From Heptranchias perlo (taxonomy: Eukaryota): a stretch of DNA of 64,000 bases. Where the stretch lies: NCBI RefSeq assembly GCF_035084215.1, contig NC_090364.1, forward strand, positions 4,340,001 to 4,404,000, written 5' to 3'. The translations under genes and the position numbers were made by a program. Every line of letters begins with the position of its first letter. Position 1 is the first letter of the stretch. A model generated the notes under the pieces. That model was not told the origin of the DNA and did no database searches. It was given only the letters and a program-made list of their open reading frames with translations. Positions 16,301-36,145 of the stretch are shown here, one piece after another.

Positions 16301-17128
16301 AGTTGATTATGACAGTGACATTTTGGTTTAATTCGGTTTAATTGCTATGATTGGGTGTGCCACAAGAAAAAATTCTTACAGCACTTGAATAGGTTTTCGG
16401 GGTCCCTGACACTGGGGCTCAAAGACCCATTGGAAAAAAAGAGAAACTCAGTGTCTCCTTCTTGTTCAATTAAAAGAGTAACATTGAGACAATGGCACCG
16501 AGGGACTGGATAGCATGCTCGTAGTGGAAGGAATATTTTTTATTGAAGAGAGTGACTCAGGCTGACTGAAGCACAGGGACATGGACACACAGGCTGCAGA
16601 CTGCACAGTGTTACAAGGGGGCATGGGAATGGGTGGGATTCTGGGGAATGGGGGAGATGGGGAGAAAAGAACAGAACAAATGAGGAGCAGGGGGAGAAAT
16701 CCTTAGAAAGAGAGTTTAAAAAACAGACAGGTCACAGAATAAAAACAAACAGCAGGTTAAAATGAAGTGAAGAAACTTATGAAATAGAACAAGAGAAGAG
16801 ATTGAATGAAAAGAAGATCCTAAAGATATTGGTTTTTTTTTCCTTTCTGCTCAGCTCAGGAGTGTGGGATGGAAGAGCAGCCAGGTTTTTTTGTGTTTTT
16901 AGGCCCCCCCCACTTTTTTTAGGGGGCGGGGTTCGGGTTTTTTTCCATTCGTGTGATGAGAAAGCAGCTATTTGATTGGCCTGCCAAACATTCATCATCA
17001 GTGTTGTCACGTCCTGTAATTAAAGATGGGTTGTGTCTGAAAGAATAAATATAGCAGCTTAGGTTAGGAATCTTTATGTTCATATTATTTGCAGTCATTT
17101 GCTGGTCTATTAAAAAAAAGTAGTTAGG

Positions 17129-20100
17129 ATGGTTTCTCAAGTGTGTCAGAACTACCACAAGGAGTGTGAGGATGGTGTTAACCAGCAGATCAATATGGAG
17201 CTCTATTCCTCCTATGTTTATCTTTCTATGGTGAGTTTTGGGTTTCTTTGGGTATTTGGTCTTATTAACTAATGTAGACTTACTGAATTGTAGTGAATTA
17301 AACTTTTAAATTCAGTAAAATAATTTAATTTGCTGTTCTAATATTTCTTTTAACTATCTTTATAGTTGTGATGTTTCATTATCCTTTCAAATGGGTTGTT
17401 TGGGTCCTTTTTTTTTTAGTTTCCATGTTGGAGTTTAAATTGAGACTGTGAAATGCATTCCCCACCCCCCAAAAAAAAAAGCCTATTCAGTACATTGGCC
17501 AGTGAGTGTCTTTTGAGTTACAGGTGACTTGCCCATAGTTGGGGTCTCAAACACCTGTGGTGAAATCTTTAGTCAAAACACAAATCCATGGGCATTCTTA
17601 ACCATAGCTACATACTCTTGATCTTGTAACCTGTCTTTTCCAGCCAAAAGCTTAATTGAACTTCTCAAAGTTTCTAAAATCAAATTGGGAATTTTCAAAA
17701 TGGGTGGAGTTTCTTGCTTAATGAAGGGAGTTTTGTTCAGGTTTGGGATGGAGTGTAACCCTTGTCTGTACAATAGCAAGAAACTTGTAATTGATGGAAT
17801 GTATAGAACACAGTGGAGAAATGTGTGCCTCTTTTAATCAAGTAAGGCTGACATTGGGTTGCTCTCTGTTGTTATCAGGAAAGTGCCCAATTGCTACAAA
17901 ACTATGAACATAAAGCCTAATTTAAGCAAAAACAAAAGGAAATTTATATCTCTCTTCACTGGTGCCTACTGGTCATGGAAGGTCTCAAATGAGTGTACTT
18001 GTGGACACTGCATGCTCCCTCTCCTGGACCACAGGGGACTGGGCAAGACCATGAAAGAAGCAGGTAACCCCTCCTTTGGGATGTGCTCATCCTTGACATG
18101 TGAATAGAGGGTGGGGGTTTGTGGTGAGTTCAGATTATTGATTTGGAGAAGCTGTTTCAGATGTCAAATGTACATCTAAATTTTCCCCAATTTAGTGATC
18201 TGAACTAATTGAGTTTTATCCTATTTTACATTGTTTGTCTCTGTTACAACTTATTTTCTTGGAACTTCAAGTTCTGATCTAGTACACAGACCCTCTAAAA
18301 GGAGGAGACTCCCATTGCATGAGTTAATTGACTAATTGTGCACCCTGGTCTTTCTGAATCACTTGTGGTTGAACAGGTAGCTTTCGGCACCTTGGTCACA
18401 GTATCCAACACTGAAGGAGGACCTGTCATGTGACTTCCTGGTTAATGCTTTGTATAAATTGAGATGTGGGCAGGAGGTACCGGAATGGCCAAGTAGCTCA
18501 AGCTTGGGTTTAAGTTGAGTTGCTCAGTGTGGTCAAAGACTGAGGTGATTCCATTCTCCACTGGCAACCTGTTGTCTACTTTCACCAGGTGAACTGAGTT
18601 AGGAGATATGAGTACTCTTTAAAAATGATCAAACTCCTTGGTTCCCTGATCCATTGTGAAATCACTGTACTGATGTTTGTTCTCTATCTTAATTTGGTAT
18701 GATGGTTTAATTGACTCTTGTGCCTACAGTCCTATTACTTTGACCGGGATGATGTTGCCCTGTGTCACTTTGCTGAGTTCTTCAAGGAGCAGTCACATGA
18801 GGAACAGGAGCACGCTGAGAAACTGCTGAAATTCCAGAATCAGCGTGGGGGACGCATTGTCCTGGAGGACATCAAGGTTTGTTCATAGAATCATAGGCCA
18901 TTTGGCTCATCGTGTCTGTGCTGGCTCTTTGAAAGAATATCCAATTAGTCCCTCGTGCCCTGCTCTTTCCCCATAGAGCTGCAAATTTTTCCTTTTCCCA
19001 AATCTCTGTATAAAATTCTGTTCTGACAGCTGCTATTGATTCAGCTTCCCTTTCAGGCATTGCATTCCAGATTGTAACAATTCACTTTATATATGAAATC
19101 TCCATCTTCCCTCTGGTTCTTTTGCCCATTATCTTCAATCTGTGTCCTCTGGTTAATGACCCACCTGCCAGTTGTTGAGTTCATGACTGGACCAAATGTC
19201 ATTTATTGAGGCTTACTTTCATATTGAATGATTAGTCCCCAGTGCAGCCTCTATCCAGCTTTCAGAATGTGGAAAATTTCTCCACAGCAGAGAAGATGTT
19301 TTCTCATTAATGAGCCACATGTTCTGAATTATAACTGAACAGAGTACTTGTTGCTAACATCAGGGCAAAAATCAATTTTCTTCCACTCTCCAGTCATCCT
19401 CTTGTTTCAGGCTAGTTTGAGATTAATACTACATGGGATGCAGAAGGGAGCTTGAGCATTTTGTGACTTGAAAGACTTCCCTTTTCAGAAGCCAGAGCAG
19501 GATGAGTGGAGCAATGGTCTGGAGGCAATGCAGAGAGCTCTGCAGATGGAGAAGAATGTGAACCAGAGTCTGCTGGATCTCCACAAACTGTCCACTGAGA
19601 GGACCGACCCTCATGTAAGTTGTTAATGCATCACTGGCATTAACTTTTGGGGTTTATTTTTAATTTGGGATTGTGTAATTTAGCACTGTCCTTTAAAATC
19701 ACATCAGACTGAATGCAGCTCAATACTTTTCATTTCTAAATCTTGAGGTTTTTTAAATCTACTGAAGATGAGCATTAAAATCTGTCAAGGGTTGCGATAT
19801 CTTGGGCTTGAAGGAAACCTCCAAATGGATACTGACTAAGTGAGGGACTGGGGCAGGACAGCATTTATTTTCAACACCAGTGGCTGGGAGGGGGAGGAGT
19901 TAGATCTAGTCGTCTCTTTGCCATATTTTGTAATGAGACCTTGAGTATTTCCCAGGAGGGAAGTGAGATTAAAGGAACCTAATGATTCAAGTAGCTGGCT
20001 TGATTTTTATTTTTCCCTTTCCCAGTTGTGTGACTTCCTGGAGACCCACTACTTGGATGGACAAGTGAAGATGATCAAGAAGCTTGGAGATCACATCACC

Positions 20101-20178
20101 AACCTGAAGAGACTGGGAGCCCCTGAGACTGGCATGGGAGTGTACCTGTTTGACAAGCTCACCCTGGGGGAGGAGTGA
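17129..20178 (+). CDS. Ferritin H/M-type subunit G4 (divergent introns, EEQEH, E140G, C-terminus GEE), 175 aa
   Basis: Exons 17129-17230, 18730-18876, 19489-19614, 20026-20178. GT-AG introns; AATAAA at 20311. Confidence 0.92.
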
Positions 20179-22159
20179 CTGGACTGTTGTCCATGTTGCA
20201 GATATTCAACTTGTGTATTGAAGTTTTATGTTGCCATCTCTGAACTGGGAATGGAATTCCAAGTCTAAGATTAAGTTTCAAACATTGTAGTTGAGTGTTC
20301 TTGCTGCTGCAATAAAACTTTGATGTTGAACTGGTTCCTTGTTTCTTCTCGGTAACTGAGCACATTGTGTCAAATAAAAACTATTTCTACTAAGAAATAG
20401 ATTCTCACCTTGATAAAATCTGATTTGCTTGGGCACAGGGGTGTTTTAACCCCTTCCCCTCCAGAAGGGTTAATTGGGTTTTATAGCCGCCCTGGATGGC
20501 CATAGCAATATGTCTAATTTTGGCCTTTAACAGCTTTTAATGTTTGGTCTTCTGTAGAAGAGATTGAAGTGTAATCTGATTACAGTAAGACCTCTTTCTC
20601 CACACCTTCCCCATATGCTTAAATCCCTTTTGGAGAGTGTGCATTTTTTTTTACTATTTGTTAATGGGATGTGGGCATCAATGGTGATTACAGTAGTTAA
20701 CCTTCTGAATAAACAACCCCATGAATTGCTGCTGACTTGTCCATTGTAGGACATGAGGGAAGTGTTCCCTGGAGCAGGTATTCAAATTTAAGTAGTTACA
20801 AAAATCCTGGAGCAAAATAAGACCAAATCTCCAGTTGTTCCTGCTATGGTTATCTGGCTCTTTCCTCCATCTTTTTCTTCCTGTGCAGAACTTTGGTCCA
20901 GCTCCTGCTATTTGTTTCAATCTGTTTTTATTTTCCAGTCTCTGTTCACCTCACTCACCTCTTATATCCTGGACCCCATAGCCTCCAACATACTTCTATT
21001 TGCTGTTGCAAATCTAAGAGCCCCTCCAACTTTCCCTTGCTGGGTTCTGCTGTTTCGTTAAGTAATTCTTGCCCCATTCCCCTCTTGCGCATACAATCTT
21101 CGTGTAATCTTATTTGGCCTGGAATCTAATAACACTAGATCCCAATTGCTGAAACTGCCACTTATAAGTCTACTGAAGCGTTGGAGAATAGAGCCATCTA
21201 ATTATAAGATAAACCACCAACTACTTGGTCTATTTAAAACTTTAACTGAATTTGCACTAGTGATGTTCAGGTTATTCTCACACAGGGATCACAATCAGAT
21301 CAGCCATCGACCCCACTTTTCGTTGCTTCATCCTTCACTAGGTTCCACCTTTGATTTTTTTTTTTTTAGCCTGCTGTTTCTTGTTGATCCGACAGTATTC
21401 TGATGTGATCGGATCCGGAACACAAGATATCCATGGAGCCCCATCCTTCCCTGACCGGATTTAGGGAAATATCAGGAACTCTCATTTCGAAGAAGAAAAT
21501 TCACCACTTGCCTCTTTCCACTTGGTGTTTGACTGTCCAGGCAAAAAGTACAAGAGATTAATCATTGAAATAAGGAGTTACCAAACCCTGGAACTACTAG
21601 ATAGTCTGTTCACCACTGTGGGTCGCTGTCTGTACAACCAACACTACACACAGTGTTTGCCTCTCATCGCAATCCCTCCCAACACCAAACCCCCACCTCC
21701 CCCCCCCACCGCAATTCCTTCAGTCAATGGTCCACAGTCTCTTCCCCGTGCACTGCTCTGCATTTTATTGCTTGTAAAATTTAATGATGACAAAACAAGA
21801 ACTCAACATGCCGTGGTCCCCTTCACTTTCCAGCCGATGTGTGTACAGATGCTCACTGACCCTAGAATTGATGGAGTATCAAAGAACGTGTGTTTGACAC
21901 ATTCATCACACCCACTTTCCATTCGCCTGACTCGCTGTTGGTTGCTGTTCACAGGCTCTGATCTGTTTGGATGTTGCCTCAAACCCGCAGCTACCTGCCA
22001 AATAATCAACTCACGGACCCATCCAGAATTATTCAAAGACACTGACCCGCAAACAACAATTAAACCTGTGGTTCTGGATCTTTGAACCGTCACTATCAGT
22101 GACCATAACCGATGGGATGGGGCAGATCCACCAATTGACAATTTGGTCCATTATGGTCA

Positions 22160-22710
22160 AGTGCCCGGGTGGCCCTGGAGAGAGAGCATGTGGTGTCCAC
22201 CGTTACGCTTGATGCCTTCCGCGACCGGTGGGCACCGTAGGGTATAGACTGTCTTGTGGACATCAATAATAGAATCCTGATTTAATTGGGAAAGTATCCT
22301 GTTGTTTTTGGTGGCACTTGATGCTTATTTTGGCATCTTTTCAGTTTGATTGGACCATCCAATATTAGTGGTGCCCTGAGAGGGCCACTTGTGATGGTTT
22401 ATGTTTGGTGACCCTGGGGCAACCCAGAGTCTCCCTTATTGGTCCATCAAAGAAATGTCAATTATGGTCAATAATCTGGTCACTATCAGATTTTTTTTTC
22501 TTTGGAGTGTGGGATGGATGAGCAGCCATGTTTTTTTTTTCTTTTTCTTTTTTTGTGTTTTAGGCCCCCCTTTTATAAGAAGGGGAGGGGGGTTTGGTTG
22601 TGTTTATGTGCAGTAAATCAATAAACCCAAAATAAGTGTCATATTATAATGTTATTACATCGATCCAGGATGCACTCCAGTCCCTGCTGTGCCCACTGGT
22701 CACGGAAACA
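22160..22710. mobile_element. Tail-to-tail Tx1-like 3' fragments upstream of class-B promoters
   Basis: Plus-strand ARVALEREHVVSTVTLDAFRDRWAP at about 22162-22240, and a minus-strand FRD.WA.QGLECIL plus tail at 22540-22707. Repeated at about 27520, 38487, 49848 and 55208. Confidence 0.65.
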
Positions 22711-22759
22711 GATTTTACAGTTTGAGGAAAGTCAGAGCAATTGGATCTTTATTGAATTG

Positions 22760-22929
22760 TCAGCCAATGATGCTCCTCCTTCAAAGTTCTGACTGGCTCT
22801 GGATGTCATCTCCCCTCCTCCCTTTTCTTGATTGCTGTTCTGAGAGAGGATGTAATTTCTGATTGGGTATTGCCAACTGTCACTCATCATCTAGGCTGCC
22901 ACGCCCCGGATTAACCAGCAGTATAAATA
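22760..22929 (+). promoter_or_regulatory. G5 class-B proximal promoter (CCAAT, GC-box-like CCACGCCCC, TATA)
   Basis: TATAAATA at 22922-22929. Equivalent TATA boxes at 28247 (G6), 39258 (G8) and 55978 (G11); mutated at 50605 (G10). Confidence 0.65.
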
Positions 22930-23003
22930 TGGAGCTTTGGGTAGCTGTTTTTCACCTTGTTGTTTCAACAGAGTTATTTAGACTTGTTAAAGTTAATTTA
23001 AAG

Positions 23004-25278
<2,275 letters not shown>

Positions 25279-28200
25279 CTGGACTGCAGTCTACATTGCA
25301 GAAGCATTATATTGTCATCAATCTGAACTAGGAATTAGATTCCGAGTCTAACATTAACTTAGAAACATTCTAGCTGAAATAAAAACTTTTTGGTGTTGAA
25401 TTGATTACTTTTTTTTTCTTCAGTTAAGTAACTGAGCACATTTCAGATCAATGATGGTGTCCTTGCATCAAACAAGAATGACTTCTGATAAGAAATAGAT
25501 TGGTCTTGATGAAACATGATTTGCTTGGGCATATGGTTGTTTTAACCCTTTCATCTCCAGAATACTGAAGTTGGCTCAGTGGCAGCCTGGGATAGTCTTA
25601 GCTGCAAGTCTAATTAGCCTTTTAACTGGTTCTACGATTTGGTGCACAGTAGAAAATAAACTTGCTTATAATCTGGTTAAAGTAAAACCTTACCTCTCAT
25701 AATTGATTATCTTTTCCAAGAATGTGCTGTTACAGTACTGGCTGCTTGTTGTGAAAAGGTAATCTGCCACATTACTGCTGTTAACTGTTCTATTCTAACT
25801 GCCAGGATCTGAGGGGTGACTAAGGCCAATGGTTCAACAGGGTACATTTTAGTCTTGCTCCCCTTTTGGAAAAATTTAAATGGAAGTTCTTAAATCTAAA
25901 TTTCATTATTCACACTAACAGACAGTCAATTTGTGGATCTGCAACCTTCCCATCAGTATTGTACAACTAAAACCTGCCATTAAAATTCCAAATACCAGGG
26001 GGTAGTGGGAGCTGAGGTTTTTTTCACAATAGGTGTGGAATTTTATCCTGCACCATCTCCCTCTCTGTGGTCTTCAAAGGTGCCTTGTTTCAAGCTGTTG
26101 TAGGGGTACAGTAGTCCAGTACTTGTTACTAGACGAGTAATCCACGCAATTAATTCAAATTTTTGAAATTAGAAAGCTGGTATAAAGTGACTATGAAGCT
26201 GTTGGATTATTAAAATTCCACCCCGTTCACTAATCTTTTAGGGGAAAGGAAACCTGCCATCCTTACCCAGTCCAGCATCGAGGTGAATCCATTCACAGAC
26301 GAATGTAGTTGTCTCTTCGCTGCTCTCAGAAGTGGCTCAGTAAGCCAGTTGGTTAGATCGAACCCACTATGAGCACCTTCACAAAGGTTGCAGTGCAAGG
26401 TACTCCTGCCCATCACCTTAGCAGGAGCCGGAGCTCCATCCTTCCCTGACCGGATTTAGAGAAACGTCAGTAATTCTGATCTCGGAATCATTTCCAATGG
26501 ATAAGTTTCACCATTCTCCCCGTCTCTTTCCATTTGTACTTTTTGCCTGGACAGTGAAACAGCAAGAGAGATTAATCATTGAGACAGGGGGTTACCAAAC
26601 ACAGAAAATATCAGATAGTCTGTTCACAACTGTGGGTCAATATCTACACAATCAGCGTTACACAGTGTTTGCCTCTCACTGCAATCCCCCCACCCAATCC
26701 ATTCAGCTTGACTCAAACATCCTGCCCTTTAACCTCTGGCGGATAGACCAGACTTATCACAGCACTTGTAAACTACGTTGAATATACTCGACTTTTCAGG
26801 GGTGAGGCAAAGGGAAACGAAGGGATCTGGATAGGTGGGGAAGGTGGGCTGCTGAGTGGATAATAGCATTTAATGTGGGAAAATTCAAGGGAATGAGACT
26901 GAGGAATATGGACTGTCCTGTCCACAGTGGGAATATAATCTAAATGGCTTGAGGACACAAGCCACCAACAGGGGAGATGAGTCTGGGGATACTGGAGGAA
27001 GATAACGTGGGGAATGTACAGATGACTGAGATAAATATTTGCTAGAGTGGCTGACTGAGAGCTTTCAGTTTTAGGGATCAGTCAATGGTCCACAGTCTCT
27101 TCCCCGTGCACTGCTCTGCAATTTATTGTTTGTAAAATTTCATGATGACAAAACAAGAACTCAACATGCCGTGGTCCCCTTCACTTTCCAGCCGATGTGT
27201 GTACAGATGCTCACTGACCCTAGAATTGATGGAGTATCGAAGGACTTGTGTTTGACACATTCATCACACCCACTTTCCATTCGCCTGACTCGCTGTTGGT
27301 TGCTGTTCACAGGCTCTGATCTGTTTGGATGTTGCCTCAAACCCGCAGCTACCTGCCAAATAACCAACTCACGGACCCATCCAGAATTATTCAAAGACAC
27401 TGACCCGCAAACAACAATTAAACCTGTGGTTCTGGATCTTTGAACCGTCACTATCAGTGACCATAACCGATGGGATGGGGCAGATCCACCAATTGACAAT
27501 TTGGTCCATTATGGTCAAGTGCCCGGGTGGCCCCGGAGAGGGAGCATGTGGTGTCCACCGTTACGCTTGATGCCTTCCGCGACCGGTGGGCACCGCAGGG
27601 TATAGACTGTCTTGTGGACATCAATAATAGAATCCTGATTTAATTGGGAAAGTATCCTGTTGTTTTTCGTGGCACTTGATGCTTATTTTGGCATCTTTTC
27701 AGTTTGATTGGACCATCCAATATTAGTGGTGCCCTGAGAGGGCCACTTGTGATGGTTTATGTTTGGTGACCCTGGGGCAACCCAGAACCTCCCTTATTGG
27801 TCCATCAAAGAAAGGTCGATTATGGTCAATAATATGGTCACTATCAGATTTTTTTTTCTTTGGAGTGTGGGATAGAAGAGCAGACATGTTTTTTTAACTT
27901 TTTTTTTCCTTTCTTTTTTTGTGTTTTAGGCCCCCCCTTTTATAAGAAGGGGAGGGGGGTTGGGTGTGTTTATGTGCAGTAAATCAATAAACCCAAAATA
28001 AGTGTCATTTTATAATTTTATTACATCGATCCAGGATGCACTCCAGTCCCTGCGGTGCCCACCGGTCACGGAAACAGATTTTCCAGTTTGAGGAAAGTCA
28101 GAGCAATTGGATCTTTATTGGCTCTGGGTGTCATCTCCCCTCCTCCCTTTTCTTGATTGGTGTTCTGAGAGAGGATGTAATTTCTGATTGGGTATTGCCA

Positions 28201-28328
28201 ACTGTCACTCATCATCTAGGCTGCCACGCCCCGGATTAACCAGCAGTATAAATATGGAGCTTTGGGTGGCTGTTTTTCAGTTTCTTGTTTCAACAGAGTT
28301 GTTTAGTTTTGTTAAAGTTAATTTAAAG

Positions 28329-30949
<2,621 letters not shown>

Positions 30950-32719
30950 ACTGACTGCAGGGATAAAGCTGATTGTTTAGTTCTCCTGTTTATATAGTCA
31001 AGAACCCCTATCCTGTAGCAATGGTGACTTTGTACAAAGAGCTGTGAGACCTAGACTCTTGATGTGAAAAGTAATAGTAACTGGAAATAAACTGTTACAG
31101 AAGACTGGGTTTTGGCTCCTTGTAAATTGAGTGATTGCTTATTTTTCAGATTAACATAATTCAGTTGTTATAACAAATTGCATTGGGCTGTGTATTGGCT
31201 TTATGGTGAGATTCTGCCCTGTGAATTTTTTTTCTTCTGGGGTGTGTGGGGCCACTGTGTCTACCTTGAGTGTAAATTGTATTTATGCAGCTCAATGATT
31301 ACTGCTGATTTCAATGCAAAGAACAATACAGTAACACAAGTTCCTGTTCCTACTGGTACTGCATATTATCAGCTGTTTAACTCATCACTGGTGCAAAATC
31401 AGCTGCTGTAACATTTTGTTACAACACAAGGAAAGTAAACTAGTAATTTCAGTCCAAGGGGCAATCTTATTTTAAGAATAGTATCTGCCAGTGGAAAAGC
31501 AGTCTTGATGCTTTTCTTTTCAAAGGAAGAGGCTACTGACCTCAGGGGTTAGCTGGGGTAGCTTATGAAATCACTCATTACTGCTCCTAAAAGACTGTTA
31601 GTTTGTCATCAAAGGGGTCTCTGATGGGGCAGTGTAGATTCCCGGTCGGGAGGGGATAGGATTGACTGACAACTTCTTCGTCTATTTCCCTTTATTGTCT
31701 TCACCACCCCCACTTCTAACCCCCTATTAAGCTCCCACATGAATAATACATTGGGTAAAGTACTGGAATACCTCAAACTAAACTCCAGCAAAAAATGTTT
31801 TCCTCCTGGAAGATGTAATAAATGCACAAAACAAATAACTTTAAACATTGTTAAATAGGTAAGGCTCTTAACCTCTTCCATACTGCTATTGTTCCATCAA
31901 TTCATAAACCAATACAATCAGCTCCTCTATGAATTTGTATTGATCCCATTGTGCAGTTAATACAAATTACAATTTGACTGGATCACCGTTTCATTGAAAC
32001 AAAGTTAAATAGATATTTTGCCTGAAACTCCACGTCCCTGTTCCATCAATTAATAAACACAATACAATCAGCTCCTCCATAAATGTATCAATTTGCCTGT
32101 AGTTCTATTGTGTTCCATACCAAATTGTAATCATCTTTTCCAAATCCTATTTGTTCTCCCTTTGTCTCTTTCACACCTATGAATGGATCAAATGTTGATG
32201 CTGTAATTACCCAGTGTTTACAAGTGAAGTTTAGGAGCTGTGTGATTGAATTGCAGTCTTCAGTCATTCCACGTTAATATCTTTACATGGAGTAAATAAG
32301 GGGAAACTGTTTCCAGTGGCAGACCAGTTAGTAACCAGCAAACACAGATTTAAGGTGATTGGTAAAAGAACCAGAAGTGACAAGAAACTTTATTTTCCCA
32401 GTGTTCTGATCTGGAATGCATTGCCTCATCGGGTGGTGGAAGCAGATTTAATAATTTTCAAAAGGAAATTTGATTATTACTTGAAGGGGGAAAGAGCAGG
32501 GGAGTGGGACTAATTGGATAGCTCTTTCAAAGAGCCAGTATAGGCACGATGGGCTGAATGGCCTCCTTTTGTGCTGTAATACTAGGATACTATGATCTCT
32601 AAAGGCACTTTTGGGGTATCAATGTCACCACATTTCATACGTTGTTGAGCCACAATTTTACGAGTCAGTGTGGATTATCTGATAGCTGTGACTGCTGCAT
32701 CGGTCGAACCTTTGAGGTG

Positions 32720-33085
32720 TAGTCACTGTTGTAATGTAAGAAATGCAGCAGTCAATTTGCCTCCAGCAAGGACCCAAAAACAGCAATGAAATATTGACCT
32801 GATAATCTGTTTTAGTGATGTTAGTTGAGGGATAAATATTGGTCCAGACATTGGGGAGAACTCCCCTGCTCTTCCTTGAAATAGTGCTGTGGGATCTTTT
32901 ACATCCACATGAGAGGGCAGATGAGGCCTCGATTTAATATCACATCCAAAAGACGGCACCTCTGACAGTGCAGCACTCCCTTAGTCAGTCTAGACTTTGT
33001 GCTCAAGTCTATGGATTGGGACTTGAACCCACAACCTTCTGACTCTGAGGTGAGAGTGCTGCCACTGAGCCACAGCTGACACAAA
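32720..33085 (-). mobile_element. SacSINE1/DeuSINE-like SINE upstream of G7
   Basis: Reverse complement of the SINE at 3897, inserted at the same position relative to the conserved block. Confidence 0.75.
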
Positions 33086-33389
33086 TGGAGATGTTTGTGT
33101 GGGTGACATTGAATTCAGTAATCTTCACTCCCTCTCATTCTCGCTGAATATCCTGAATTTTACCAAACAACATTTCATGAGAATCAAAACTAAAAATGAC
33201 ACATCCCACAATGCTTTGCCCAGTTGATGCCCCCATGCTGCCAATCCTCAGACACACCCATTCTCTATATTAGAACTGGGGACGATTCACACCATCCATG
33301 GGATGGAATTTCCATTTCTCTGTCCAATGGTTGGTTTGCAAATTCACTCAAGACTACTTGATTCCTCTGAATATTGTCTCAGCGTCACA
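33081..33389 (+). promoter_or_regulatory. Highly conserved upstream block of class-A genes (candidate enhancer)
   Basis: Near-identical copies at 3590-3898 and 12012-12321 (inverted), 44094-44402 and 60798-61106. Contains TGGAATTTCC, TTGCAAAT and TCCCACAATGC. Confidence 0.5.
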
Positions 33390-33539
33390 ATTACTTACAA
33401 GTAATAAACTTGACCAGATTATGAAAAGCCACTTCGGTGAAAATATCAAATTATGATCAAATAATTCAAAGTTGTCATTCCGAGAGATTGAAACAAAGAG
33501 AAACTTTCAAATTTGAGGGAAGTCAAAGACCCCAAAAGC

Positions 33540-33720
33540 AGTGACATCACCGAGACTGATTATCCAAATCGGCCTTTATTCCAAACCTCTGATTGGCTCT
33601 GGGTATCAACCCCTCCCCACACTGCCTCTCTGTTAATTGGTTAAATGGACGATTCCTGATTGGCGATCATTGGTGCTGTCATTGCTGACCAAAATGCAGG
33701 CCGTCCCAGTAGTATAAATA
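33540..33720 (+). promoter_or_regulatory. G7 class-A proximal promoter
   Basis: TGACATCA at about 33542, inverted CCAAT (ATTGG) motifs, TATAAATA at 33713-33720. Equivalents at 44742 (G9) and 61447 (G12). Confidence 0.65.
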
Positions 33721-33799
33721 CAAAGAGCTTGTGAGTGAAGAGGTTAGTTCTAGAACTTTTTGAGCAATAGTTGAAAGTGTTAATATTGAAATAGTGACA

Positions 33800-36145
<2,346 letters not shown>

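Noticed and set aside
26790-27010. Purine-rich block (also near 37770, 49130 and 54490) as a coding exon
   Set aside because: It resembles a highly decayed CR1-type RT fragment (W..FNVGK) with stops, and it is absent upstream of G5.
27126-27499. Recurrent 105-aa (+) and 112-aa (-) ORFs (also near 21.8, 38.1, 49.5 and 54.8 kb) as a novel interspersed gene
   Set aside because: They start at non-ATG codons, overlap on both strands and show no recognisable domain or splice structure. The recurrence is explained by segmental duplication.
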